DNA from: Nitrososphaerota archaeon
GTDB taxonomy: Archaea; Thermoproteota; EX4484-205; JAAOZP01
Assembly: GCA_011605725.1 (NCBI GenBank)
Contig: JAAOZP010000011.1
Location: forward strand, 32,001-96,000
Direction of reading: 5' to 3'
Length of the DNA stretch: 64,000 nucleotides
The notes under the pieces were generated by a model. That model was not told the origin of the DNA. It did no database searches and worked only from the letters and a program-made list of their open reading frames with translations. The translations under genes and the position numbers were made by a program. Positions 9,354-18,719 of this stretch are shown in pieces. How positions within the stretch are numbered: the first letter of the stretch is position 1; each line of letters opens with the position of its first letter.

Positions 9354-10664
9354 ATGAGCTGTAGGGATGAGCTTGTGAGACTGCTTTCAAACCTGCTGAA
9401 AATAGACACTAGTAATCCACCTGGGAACGAGAGTAATGCAGCCGGCTTCCTGAAAGACTGGCTTTCACAGAGAGGTGTTGAATCCGAAATATTAGAGTTT
9501 GAGAAAGGGAGGGGTAACTTGTTTTCCAGGATAAAGGGTTCCGGCGAAGGGCCGTCACTACTCCTGCTTTCACATACTGATGTTGTTCCAGCCGACTCGG
9601 CTAGGTGGAGGGTTCCTCCTTTCTCAGGTGCTGTTAAAGACGGGTATATATGGGGAAGGGGGGCACTAGACATGAAGAGCATGGTTGCTGTTGAAACCAT
9701 GGTTTTCAGTGAAATGGTGGATAAAGATTTGAAGGGAGACCTTGTTCTTCTAGCGACCGCTGATGAGGAGAAGGGGGGATCGGGAATTGTAAAAATGCTG
9801 GAGAAAGCCGGTGAAAAGATTATTGCCAACTATGTTATAAACGAGGGCGGGGGAGAAGGAATACTCACTAAGAACGGATGGCTGTTCGACATTCAGACGG
9901 CTGAAAGAGGAGTCTTCTGGTATCGTGTTCAAACAAAGGGTTCTCCTGCACACGGCTCAGTACCGGGGCTTGGCGTAAACGCTATAGACAGGATGCGACC
10001 CCTGCTGAACAGGGTTTCAGAATTCAAAGGGGCTTGCGAAAAGGTTAACCCGTCTTGGAAATACGTTGAATCCCTGCTGAAAATGATGGGGCTCGTAACC
10101 GAGCGGGAAGATATCAGTAATGTTGAAATCCTTCTGAATAAGCTGGCGGAGGTCGATAAAGGTTTGGGAGAGTCTGCTAAAGCAATGCTTCAAGTTACGA
10201 TGACGCCCACGATGATTCAAGGGGGTGTTAAGGAGAACGTTGTCCCATACGAGTGTAAACTAACAGTTGACTGCAGAGTCCCCCCTGGATACTCTGGTGA
10301 GCGTGTGAAAAGCATGATTATGGATTTGTTCCATGGTCTTGAATACGAGCTGGAATTCATACAGGAGTCGGAGCCAACCGTCTCCCCTGTTGACACACCC
10401 TTATACAGGGTGATTGAAAACTCTCTTTTGAAACAGGTTCCCGGAGCCAGGCTTGAACCTACTACTAAAACGGGTGGGACTGATTCAAGATACTTCAGGA
10501 GGATGGGAATACCTGCATACGGCTTTCAGCCTCTAATGGTTGAGGGAAACTATTATGAATGGTCAAGAATGGTACATGGAGACAATGAAAGAATTTCGAT
10601 AGAAAACCTGTTATTCTGCTACAGGGTGTTGAAACAAGTAGTGGAATCATTCATGCTGAAGTAG
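9354..10664 (+). CDS. M20 metallopeptidase/deacylase (ArgE/DapE/Acy1 family)
   Basis: SHTDVV, GRGALDMK, DEE, HGS, GGTD and HG.NE motifs. Confidence 0.9.
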   Translation: MSCRDELVRLLSNLLKIDTSNPPGNESNAAGFLKDWLSQRGVESEILEFEKGRGNLFSRIKGSGEGPSLLLLSHTDVVPADSARWRVPPFSGAVKDGYIWGRGALDMKSMVAVETMVFSEMVDKDLKGDLVLLATADEEKGGSGIVKMLEKAGEKIIANYVINEGGGEGILTKNGWLFDIQTAERGVFWYRVQTKGSPAHGSVPGLGVNAIDRMRPLLNRVSEFKGACEKVNPSWKYVESLLKMMGLVTEREDISNVEILLNKLAEVDKGLGESAKAMLQVTMTPTMIQGGVKENVVPYECKLTVDCRVPPGYSGERVKSMIMDLFHGLEYELEFIQESEPTVSPVDTPLYRVIENSLLKQVPGARLEPTTKTGGTDSRYFRRMGIPAYGFQPLMVEGNYYEWSRMVHGDNERISIENLLFCYRVLKQVVESFMLK

Positions 10665-10738
10665 AGTTAGCTTACACACGTTAGGAAGCATGTTGACTAG
10701 AGCCATTAAAGTATTTAAAAAAAGGTGGAATATTTGGT

Positions 10739-11122
10739 TTAAATGTATTGTTTACAGTTGTAGCAATAGTATCTCTTATACTGCGGTATCCATGTTCCAG
10801 GCTTGCCGCACTTAGGGCAGAGCGGTATCGAGGGTTGAGCCGCAGGAGCTGCTACGGCTGGAGCTTGCTGTGCAGCAGGCGCAGCGGTCACAGCAACCTG
10901 GGGGATTTCAATCTTCTTAGAAAGCAGGATTATGTCTCCAACAGTCTTCACGTCGCCCCATTCTATCTCAACCATGCTGCCGGCTTTCGTCGAAATATAC
11001 AGTGTTATGCCTCCCTGGCCTGGAACAAGCCCTATTTCCTTAACCGTCCCTACGAAAAGGCAATCAGGATCATAAACCTGCATGCCTATCAGTTTCGACT
11101 GAGGAATTCCTTTCCCACTCAT
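10739..11122 (-). CDS. PRC-barrel protein with Ala/Pro/Gln linker and C-terminal Zn ribbon
   Basis: L.G.QVYD....VGTV.EI...W..V..VGDIIL PRC pattern, then CPKC...CYNC. Confidence 0.75.
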   Translation of the reverse strand: MSGKGIPQSKLIGMQVYDPDCLFVGTVKEIGLVPGQGGITLYISTKAGSMVEIEWGDVKTVGDIILLSKKIEIPQVAVTAAPAAQQAPAVAAPAAQPSIPLCPKCGKPGTWIPQYKRYYCYNCKQYI

Positions 11123-11315
11123 TGCTGATGAGAAACACTATAGGGTTATATATTAACTTTCATGTTTTTCATCCTGATAAGATTTTTCAACAAATAATGC
11201 GGAGAGAAGCGTCCTCGTTAACACTGTGAATCGTTTCTCAGCCGCAAACATGTTCTTCTCCTCATTTTCCTGCAGAAACTTTGAAAAGAAAGGTTAGGAG
11301 CACGAGTGTTTATCA

Positions 11316-12548
11316 TTAAGGCTTGCTAAGCTCATCCGCGTTCCTCTTAACCTTTTCGAACGCGGCTATTATATCGTCCATATCCTCCTTAGAGCCGAGA
11401 AGAACGTTTTGAGGAAGCCATAAGCCTTCGGTGTAACAAGCCTTCTCAGCCACAGGCAGGCTCAGCCCAGAGTAATCCATGGACCTGCCGTGATACGGGC
11501 AGGACAATGGGCATTTTCTGAAATATTCGAGATATGGCTCCTTATAGAGCGGCCTCGAGTATCCTACGCTTACAGGTATTCCTTCAGCCTTCATCGCTTC
11601 GGCGAAAACAGCCTTAGAAACGCCTCCGAAGGCTTCAGGATCATATCTGAATATGTAGAGGTGCCAAGCATGCCTAGTGATTCTCTCATCATTCTTCAGA
11701 GGCTTCAAACCATCTATTTTAGAAAGCTTGCTGTTGAGATAGCTAGCGTTCTCCATGCGTCTCACAGTATGCTCATCCAGTCTTTCAAGCTGAACCAGCA
11801 GTATTGCGGCTTGAAACTCAGTCATGCGATAGTTGACTCCAGGGAGATAATGCTCGTACCATGCTCCCTGCGGGAGGCGGCCGCAGTTATGCAGGCTCCA
11901 GGCTTTAACATACAGCTCCTCGTTGCTTGTCACTGTTATCCCTCCCTCTCCGCTAGTAATGTTCTTGCTAGACTGAAAGCTGAAGCATCCGAAGTCTCCG
12001 AAGCTTCCTGTTCTCCTCCCCCTCCATTCTGCACCCCAGGCTTGACACGCGTCCTCAACAACACGCAAATCATGCTTCTCAGCTATTCTCATAATCTCAT
12101 CCATGTTGGCCGGCCTCCCTCCGATGTGGACAGGAAGTATTGCTTTCGTTTTTTCAGTAATAGCTTCCTCTATTCGCCTCGGGTCAATATTGAAAGTATC
12201 GGGCTCAATATCGACGAAGACAGGTACCGCGTTAACGTAAAGTATTGCGGTGGCCGTAGCCATGAAAGTATAGGGTGTGGTTATAACCTCGCTTCCAAAA
12301 CCCACTCCACATGCCCGGAGAGATATTTCAAGCGCGGTCGTGCCGCTCGTTACTGCAACACCATACTTAGCGTGTTGGTATGCTGCAAACTTTTCCTCAA
12401 GCTGCTTAACGTATTGTCCGCCTATGCCCCACACGCCGCTTTCCAAAACTTTTTTCAAAGCTTCAAGCTCTCTGTTGTCGAAGACAGGCCACTTTGGGAA
12501 AGGTTTGCCTCTAACCGGCTTGCCACCTTTTAAAGCTAGTTGAACCAT
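11316..12548 (-). CDS. DegT/DnrJ/EryC1/StrS PLP-dependent sugar aminotransferase
   Basis: SGT.AL, TF.AT, EDACQ, SFQSSKNITSGEGG and NYRMTE motifs. Confidence 0.92.
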   Translation of the reverse strand: MVQLALKGGKPVRGKPFPKWPVFDNRELEALKKVLESGVWGIGGQYVKQLEEKFAAYQHAKYGVAVTSGTTALEISLRACGVGFGSEVITTPYTFMATATAILYVNAVPVFVDIEPDTFNIDPRRIEEAITEKTKAILPVHIGGRPANMDEIMRIAEKHDLRVVEDACQAWGAEWRGRRTGSFGDFGCFSFQSSKNITSGEGGITVTSNEELYVKAWSLHNCGRLPQGAWYEHYLPGVNYRMTEFQAAILLVQLERLDEHTVRRMENASYLNSKLSKIDGLKPLKNDERITRHAWHLYIFRYDPEAFGGVSKAVFAEAMKAEGIPVSVGYSRPLYKEPYLEYFRKCPLSCPYHGRSMDYSGLSLPVAEKACYTEGLWLPQNVLLGSKEDMDDIIAAFEKVKRNADELSKP

Positions 12549-12768
12549 GTTTCCAACCCTATTCTTGCAGTATAAAAATGTATCTTGGGAAAACGATTAA
12601 CCCCCATTAGGCAACAGTGCTGCAAGACTCTTGCTTCCAAGCTTACGGTAGGGAAGAGCTGAAGCGTGCATCCAGTTTGCAGTTTTAAAAAGGTCTTTAC
12701 CAGCCGGATGGTTTCAGTTGAATCTTACCGTTTAGCGGTGCGTGCTGATGCTTCCTATTTAAATCTGG

Positions 12769-15252
12769 CTAGACGCCTAGAACATAGTTTAAGACGAGCA
12801 GTGTAACATTATAGGTGGCATGCAAAGCTATTGGACACCACAACCTGTAGCCGCGTTTCCTGAAAACGTATCCAAGTATGATTCCGACTAGGAAAGCCGG
12901 GAGGAATTGCCAAGGATTCAGGTGGAAGGCCCCGAAAAAGATGGAGGACAATACTATTCCCCATCTGCTCCCTAGGCTTGACTCGAAGCCCTGCTGTATA
13001 AACCCCCTGAACAAAGCTTCCTCGCAGGGTGCGACAATGAGTATCGTGACTAGGGACAGTTTGACTAGCTCTGTGAATGAAGATGGTGAAAACATTTGGA
13101 AAAGCCCTTCAAACCATTGTGGAACCGGTATGAGGGTTTCGATGATCATCCCGGCAGAAACCCCTGTTAAAACAGTTAAGGGCAGAGCAAGCAATGCCGT
13201 TTTATATTCCTGCATGGCGCTTCGCGAGTCTAGCCCAAGGAAGCTTAAACTTATCTTCCTGCCAACCATGTAGAGAAGCACGGGAATCATCATCGCAACC
13301 TCCCCTACGATGAGCAGCGTCAAATTATCAATACTCATGCCTGTGGAAAGAGAGAATATTAGAAACGGTGTTTCTAAGACAGCTGGGAGAAACATGGCTA
13401 TGATGAGAATCAGCAAGGATTGGGATGCTTTCCAAGGCACGTTGCAAGGGGCTTGCTGCAAGAATTCTCCGTCATCCTGTTTTGCCGTCTTCCTTTGAAA
13501 AAAGATGGATGCTGCAAGCACTATGCTTGTTAAAACTGCTAAAGGTGGGGCATATGCCTTTCCCTCCCAGTCAGACTGGCTGGGGAAGAACCCGATTAAG
13601 CTTACAACCATGAGTATTGATGAAGCGAGTGTTAAAAAATTCAGCAAGTAGTTCCAATAATTCGTGCGGTGTTGCATCTGGGGTTTCAGAAACGGTTTTG
13701 TGAGAGGTCTCTCAACAGGAGCCCTGCCGAAGAACGTCTCCGATTTTGCAAGCGTGTACTTGGATAATAGGAAGGCGATCAGGCTCGTATAGGAAACCAG
13801 TGTGAAGATTATCATGGGCGGCGGTGTGTCCGCGATGCTGATCGTGGTTCTTGCAATTATTGTAGGCATTGAGAGGAATACTGCTCCGAACAACGGTATG
13901 AAAACGTATAGCAGTGCGCTGAGGGAAAGCGCGTTGGAAGGCTTGTTCAAAACTAGTGCTGTAGCTACTGAAAGTATGGATGAGAAGAGCGTAACAGACA
14001 ACAGGAGCAGGAAATCCAGCACTAGGAAAGGTGTTCCAGCTAAAAGAATGTTGAAAATACTGTAGAAGATGAGGGCGAAGCTGAAGGTCGCTATGAAATA
14101 TGCTATGAGCATGCCCTTTACATATCTCCGGAACCCTTTTTCAGAGACTGCTACTGTCCAAAGTGTTTCACGCTCCATTATCCCCCAGTTTATCGAGAAG
14201 ATCGCTGGGATTAGGGGTGTGTAGAGTATACTGAAGGTTAAGGCTGCCAGTGCGAAGAATCTGAACTGCCTAACCAGAACCGGGAAGCTTAAGTTTGCAA
14301 TCGTAGCGATTGCGAAAAGCATCATGGCTGTGAAAAGACTGCCGTCTCTCAACACTCTTAAAAGGTTAAGCTTAACGACTAAAGCCATCGGCTTCTCATT
14401 CATATTAGGCGAAAGTATCTGTGTAAACATCCTTGGCGCCCACTTAAGTATTCTACGGTTGCTTGAAGGCATCTCCATTAACGCTGTCGTGAGAAGAGGA
14501 GTAACGTTAGGAATAAAATTGATCCTCATCACGGCGAAGTAGGAGCTGATTATCAAAACAATGTAGACTAACAGTACAGAGGTTTCTAGGTTTCCCAGAG
14601 AGTCTAAGGAGTACTTGGCCAGTAAGGTTGAGGGATAAGGCAAGTCGGAGTAGTTCACTCCGAGCCCGATGGCCATGCTTAAAAGAGGCATGAAAAGTAT
14701 TAGAAGGATAACCCATCCTGCTGCCTCGACTTCAACATTCTTCAAAATACTCTTAAGAACTCCCAGTATCTGGGCTATTGTTGAAGAAAGGAGGAGCATG
14801 ATTTCATATGACAGAAAGACTGTTGGAAGAAAATCTAGGCGTGGATGCAGCATTACAGCCATGAAGGAAACAAGTGGCGGCGTGACGGCGAAGTTTAGGA
14901 AGAAGAATTGGAAAAGCAGGTCTGCGACAAGGTATGTCGACGGCTTAACGGGAGATGTTAAAACGAAATCTATTTCTGGCTCAAGCGCTGTTATCCCGCC
15001 TTTCAGGCCTAGGAAAACACCCATGGCTATCACGCTTGAAAAAGTTATGGATACTATGTTGGTAAGTTCCTTCTCACTCATCTCGGAGAAACCGTAGAAC
15101 CCTCTTATGAAAAACCCGCTGAAGAAGGATGAGAACACTATGATGAAGTAAAACACGATTGTTGAAAACTTTACTGAAAAGCTTCTCCTCAATGGCCCGT
15201 AATACTGGAGAAGCTTGAAAACGAATATTTGCAGTATTCTAGAGTGTTCCAC
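12769..15252 (-). CDS. ABC-2-type exporter permease fused to a C-terminal CPBP (CAAX/Abi) intramembrane metalloprotease
   Basis: About 510 aa multi-TM N-terminal region (EIDFVLTSPV motif), followed by CPBP motifs EEALFRG, FGAFH and HATYN. Overlaps the ABC ATPase gene. Confidence 0.7.
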   Translation of the reverse strand: MEHSRILQIFVFKLLQYYGPLRRSFSVKFSTIVFYFIIVFSSFFSGFFIRGFYGFSEMSEKELTNIVSITFSSVIAMGVFLGLKGGITALEPEIDFVLTSPVKPSTYLVADLLFQFFFLNFAVTPPLVSFMAVMLHPRLDFLPTVFLSYEIMLLLSSTIAQILGVLKSILKNVEVEAAGWVILLILFMPLLSMAIGLGVNYSDLPYPSTLLAKYSLDSLGNLETSVLLVYIVLIISSYFAVMRINFIPNVTPLLTTALMEMPSSNRRILKWAPRMFTQILSPNMNEKPMALVVKLNLLRVLRDGSLFTAMMLFAIATIANLSFPVLVRQFRFFALAALTFSILYTPLIPAIFSINWGIMERETLWTVAVSEKGFRRYVKGMLIAYFIATFSFALIFYSIFNILLAGTPFLVLDFLLLLSVTLFSSILSVATALVLNKPSNALSLSALLYVFIPLFGAVFLSMPTIIARTTISIADTPPPMIIFTLVSYTSLIAFLLSKYTLAKSETFFGRAPVERPLTKPFLKPQMQHRTNYWNYLLNFLTLASSILMVVSLIGFFPSQSDWEGKAYAPPLAVLTSIVLAASIFFQRKTAKQDDGEFLQQAPCNVPWKASQSLLILIIAMFLPAVLETPFLIFSLSTGMSIDNLTLLIVGEVAMMIPVLLYMVGRKISLSFLGLDSRSAMQEYKTALLALPLTVLTGVSAGMIIETLIPVPQWFEGLFQMFSPSSFTELVKLSLVTILIVAPCEEALFRGFIQQGFESSLGSRWGIVLSSIFFGAFHLNPWQFLPAFLVGIILGYVFRKRGYRLWCPIALHATYNVTLLVLNYVLGV

Positions 15253-16021
15253 CCTCTGTTCCCCCGACTATTCTGAAGAAGGCTTCCTCCAGCGTGCCCG
15301 AGGATTCCAGTCCTGCGATTTTCTTAAGCCCATCTATAGAGCCTTCAGCTATGCTTCTACCCTTGTGTATTATTGTGGCGTTGGTGCAGAATCTTTCAGC
15401 CATGTCAAGCATATGCGTGCACACGAGCGCTGCCCCACCCTTGCTAACAATATCTCTAACAAGGCTTTTCACAAGCCGCTGGCCCTCCGGATCCAGCCCT
15501 ATGAAAGGCTCATCCATTATTATCAGCTTAGGCTGGTGAATGAATACTGTTGCTAAAGCGAGCCTCTGCTTCAAGCCTTTTGAGAGCTCGAGGATAAACC
15601 TGTTTTCACAATCGTTAAGCTCAAACATGCTTAGGAACTCCTGGACCCTTCTCCTGGTCTCCTCCCCGGGTTCAACCCCCCTGATTCTCGCGACATACCC
15701 TAGAAACTCCCTGGGGGTAAGGTAGTCTGGGAGGGACGGGGCTTCAGGCAAGTATCCGATGAGCCTTTTGAAGCCTTCGCCGCTTTTAACATCCATACCC
15801 ATAACCATTATCCTCCCCCTGTCAGGCTTGAGAAGGCCGACTACGCATTTCACAGTGGTCGTCTTACCGGCTCCGTTTGGACCTATTAAGCCGTGAATAC
15901 TTCCCGAGTTAACCTTCATGAATAAACCTGCTACGCCGACTGTCTCTCCATAGCTCTTCCAGAGGTCCTCAATATTCAGCAGAACCGTGTTCCCTGAGCA
16001 TTCGTCACGCGTCTGCAGCAA
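15239..16021 (-). CDS. ABC transporter ATP-binding protein
   Basis: Walker A GPNGAGKT, signature LSKG, Walker B IIMDEP and H-loop TH. Confidence 0.95.
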   Translation of the reverse strand: MLQTRDECSGNTVLLNIEDLWKSYGETVGVAGLFMKVNSGSIHGLIGPNGAGKTTTVKCVVGLLKPDRGRIMVMGMDVKSGEGFKRLIGYLPEAPSLPDYLTPREFLGYVARIRGVEPGEETRRRVQEFLSMFELNDCENRFILELSKGLKQRLALATVFIHQPKLIIMDEPFIGLDPEGQRLVKSLVRDIVSKGGAALVCTHMLDMAERFCTNATIIHKGRSIAEGSIDGLKKIAGLESSGTLEEAFFRIVGGTEGGTL

Positions 16022-16341
16022 GACTTAAGTTCTTAGAGAAGAGTAGAATTTTTAAGTTTTTAACAATCCGGTGAAAGACATTCGGGAACATTTAGCTTGG
16101 ACAAATACTGTGCTTCCCTACGTAGGGTGGAAGTATTCTTTAAACCATGTTTATTCATGTCAATAATACTTTTAACCATGGTGTTCGTGAATCAGAAAGC
16201 AGGTTCGCGTCTAATTGTTCCCGTATTTATTTTGAAAATTATGGTTCGAATAGGATGTGCGTAGAGTGTAGAAGCCAGTTTTATCTAATTATTTGGAAAA
16301 GACTTATATACTTATCTTTTAAGATTTTAGAGTGAAATAAA

Positions 16342-16746
16342 ATGGCTACGTCAACAGATGCGAGAAACTTTGCGAACTACTCGTACCTGGCTCTCCTAAT
16401 CCTAGGAGCACTTATGGCTTTAGCGGGTCTCTGGAACATAGTAAGTTTCATAACGTTACTAGGATATTGGGGATTCTACTTCTTCGGCGGCTTAATAATA
16501 TGGGGAATAGTTTTACTTGCATTGGGAGGATTCGGGGTTTTCACAGCTTTCACAGTCTGGAAGCCGAAGATCGTTGACGCTATAGACCAGGGAAGATACG
16601 AGGATGCATACAGGGTTGCTTCAAACCCTGTTCAATTGATAATCGGGCTCATATGTGGGGGCGTTATTCCTGCGATACTGCTTTTCCTGACACAGCAGAA
16701 GCTTGCTGAGATAGTGAGACCACCTCCACCTCCTCCACCATCCTAG
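16342..16746 (+). CDS. Small multi-pass membrane protein with C-terminal poly-Pro tail
   Basis: 3-4 hydrophobic segments; ends RPPPPPPPS. TATA 'cttatata' upstream. Confidence 0.75.
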   Translation: MATSTDARNFANYSYLALLILGALMALAGLWNIVSFITLLGYWGFYFFGGLIIWGIVLLALGGFGVFTAFTVWKPKIVDAIDQGRYEDAYRVASNPVQLIIGLICGGVIPAILLFLTQQKLAEIVRPPPPPPPS

Positions 16747-16785
16747 GGATCATCAACAAATATTTTTTCCTGAATCAAAACTTCC

Positions 16786-18042
16786 TTACATGAGGTATGG
16801 TAGAATTATCAATCCTAGGATAAGACCTAATATTGCAAGGCTCACCATGTAAACCATTTTGTCAATGGCTTTAACGCTAATCCTGTCTCTAAGTTTACTT
16901 CTGCAGAACAGTTTTAGAACCACTCCCCCATCCATAGGATACAGGGGGAGAGCGTTGAATATACCAAGGTTCAAGTTTATGAACCAGGTCCAGAAGAGAA
17001 GGTTCACCGGGTAATGATAATACTCGCCTAGAAGAGTCGACACGTAGTACTCTTGAAGAAGACTTGAGAAAGGAATTGTCTCGTAAACCCATGGGAACGG
17101 AACAGTAGGGATCATAAGGTATGTTACAAAACCTTCAACAGGGGACCGTGTTAAGGCTAGAGAGTAGTTCTCAAGAACATCTTTAAGCGGAACCAGGTTA
17201 AGTATTCCACTGGAACTAAGGTTTTTCCCCAGGAAAGTATAGTTGGAAAAACCGTTACGCAGAACCATGAAAGTTATGTTTTCACCCTTCTGGTAAGCGT
17301 TTCTAACGGCTTCAGCGAAACTATTCCAATCGGGGGTTGACTCGCCGTTTACACCTATTATTATGTCGCCGGCCCTCATTCCTTTCTGGTAGGCTGAACC
17401 GTTGGTGGAGAGCCCAGTTATGAGAATCCCGTTAGCAACCGGCTTTAAAGTAAGCATTAAAAGTATGAAGACGGCTAGCGCAGCTAAGGCTGCGATCACA
17501 TTGGAAACAGGACCTGAGGACAGTATTCTTCCCGCTTTCCCAAGACCAGCGTCTTCAAGCTGTTTCTCATCAATCTCTGCGAAAGCACCGATAGGGATTA
17601 TCAGGAGCATGATTATTCCTGTAGACTTAACACTCATGCCGTTAGCCCTAGCCTGAATTCCATGGGAATACTCATGTATCACCATGGCTATGAATAACGC
17701 TACCCAGCCGTAGAAAAAAGGCAGATACGGGTTTACACCTGGAAGAAGTATGTTGGCTGCTGGCCCAAGCTCTCTTAAAACCCTGCTTACATTAGGGTTG
17801 CTCAGCATGTTGTTTACCGCGTTAAGCAGCAAGTAAACCATTATCGCACCTAGGAAGGGCATTACCACTAGAGAGATGAGACCCATTTTCCTAGAGAATC
17901 TCGTTCCCCCGAGCCTATCCATCAGTGTTAATCCGATTCTCGTCTTAACTAGGATAAATGGAAACTGGACTTCAACCATGCTCGGCAGACGTATGCGCAT
18001 ACAACGATGTTTTCCAACGAAGGGTCTTTTTAAGCTTGACAC
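16786..18042 (-). CDS. Site-2 protease (M50) with PDZ domain
   Basis: HEYSH, GAF.E, GP.SN, PDZ segment (GMRAGDII..VNG) and NALP.YPMDG. Confidence 0.92.
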   Translation of the reverse strand: MSSLKRPFVGKHRCMRIRLPSMVEVQFPFILVKTRIGLTLMDRLGGTRFSRKMGLISLVVMPFLGAIMVYLLLNAVNNMLSNPNVSRVLRELGPAANILLPGVNPYLPFFYGWVALFIAMVIHEYSHGIQARANGMSVKSTGIIMLLIIPIGAFAEIDEKQLEDAGLGKAGRILSSGPVSNVIAALAALAVFILLMLTLKPVANGILITGLSTNGSAYQKGMRAGDIIIGVNGESTPDWNSFAEAVRNAYQKGENITFMVLRNGFSNYTFLGKNLSSSGILNLVPLKDVLENYSLALTRSPVEGFVTYLMIPTVPFPWVYETIPFSSLLQEYYVSTLLGEYYHYPVNLLFWTWFINLNLGIFNALPLYPMDGGVVLKLFCRSKLRDRISVKAIDKMVYMVSLAILGLILGLIILPYLM

Positions 18043-18107
18043 TCCCCTGGGTGGATTGAAGCAGCTGGAAACACTTAAGCTTAAACCATGCGTGCAACTA
18101 TTTTCTG

Positions 18108-18635
18108 CTACTGTTTAAAACCGTTGAAGGAAACTATTTCACTCAGAGGCTTCCTTGAGCCGGGTTCCCTGAACTCTTCGCTAGCAGGGTACCCGAGTGG
18201 AGTTATAGCGACAACATTATATTCCTCAGGTATTCCAAGAACCTCCTTAACCTTCGCGTTGTCGAAGGAGCCTATCCAGCATGTTCCAAGCCCCTCAGCC
18301 CTGGCTGCGAGAATAAGATGCGTGAAGGCTATTGAAACATCTACAAGCATGCTCATAGAACCCATGTACCCGCCCCTGTTCCACCCGATGTCGCGTCCAC
18401 ACGCAACAATAACCACTGGAGCCTCAGCTATAAAACCCTGGTTTCCGCAAGCAGGCACAAGCCTCTTCTTCAACCCTTCATCCTTCACCACTATAAACCT
18501 CCAGGGCTGACGGTTTGAGCCAGAGGGCGCTATTCTAGCAGTATCCAGAACCCTGTTTAACACATCGTCCGGTATAGGGTCAGGCTTGTAAGACCTTATG
18601 CTTCTCCTGGTTCTCACCACCTCGTAGAAATCCAT
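18108..18635 (-). CDS. Nitroreductase family protein
   Basis: RRSIRSY, APSGSNRQPW and GLGTCWIG motifs. Start at ATG 18635 after an SD-like GGTGGAG. Confidence 0.9.
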   Translation of the reverse strand: MDFYEVVRTRRSIRSYKPDPIPDDVLNRVLDTARIAPSGSNRQPWRFIVVKDEGLKKRLVPACGNQGFIAEAPVVIVACGRDIGWNRGGYMGSMSMLVDVSIAFTHLILAARAEGLGTCWIGSFDNAKVKEVLGIPEEYNVVAITPLGYPASEEFREPGSRKPLSEIVSFNGFKQ

Positions 18636-18719
18636 CTTCTCCACCAACCTGCCTTCGCAAAGGATGAATAAAAGTTTTAGCAACATGTCTAAAGGAATTA
18701 AAAAGAAAAGGGGTACTTA

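Noticed and set aside
11490-12533. 347-aa plus-strand ORF
   Set aside because: It is the antisense shadow of the well-supported DegT aminotransferase and has no recognisable motifs.
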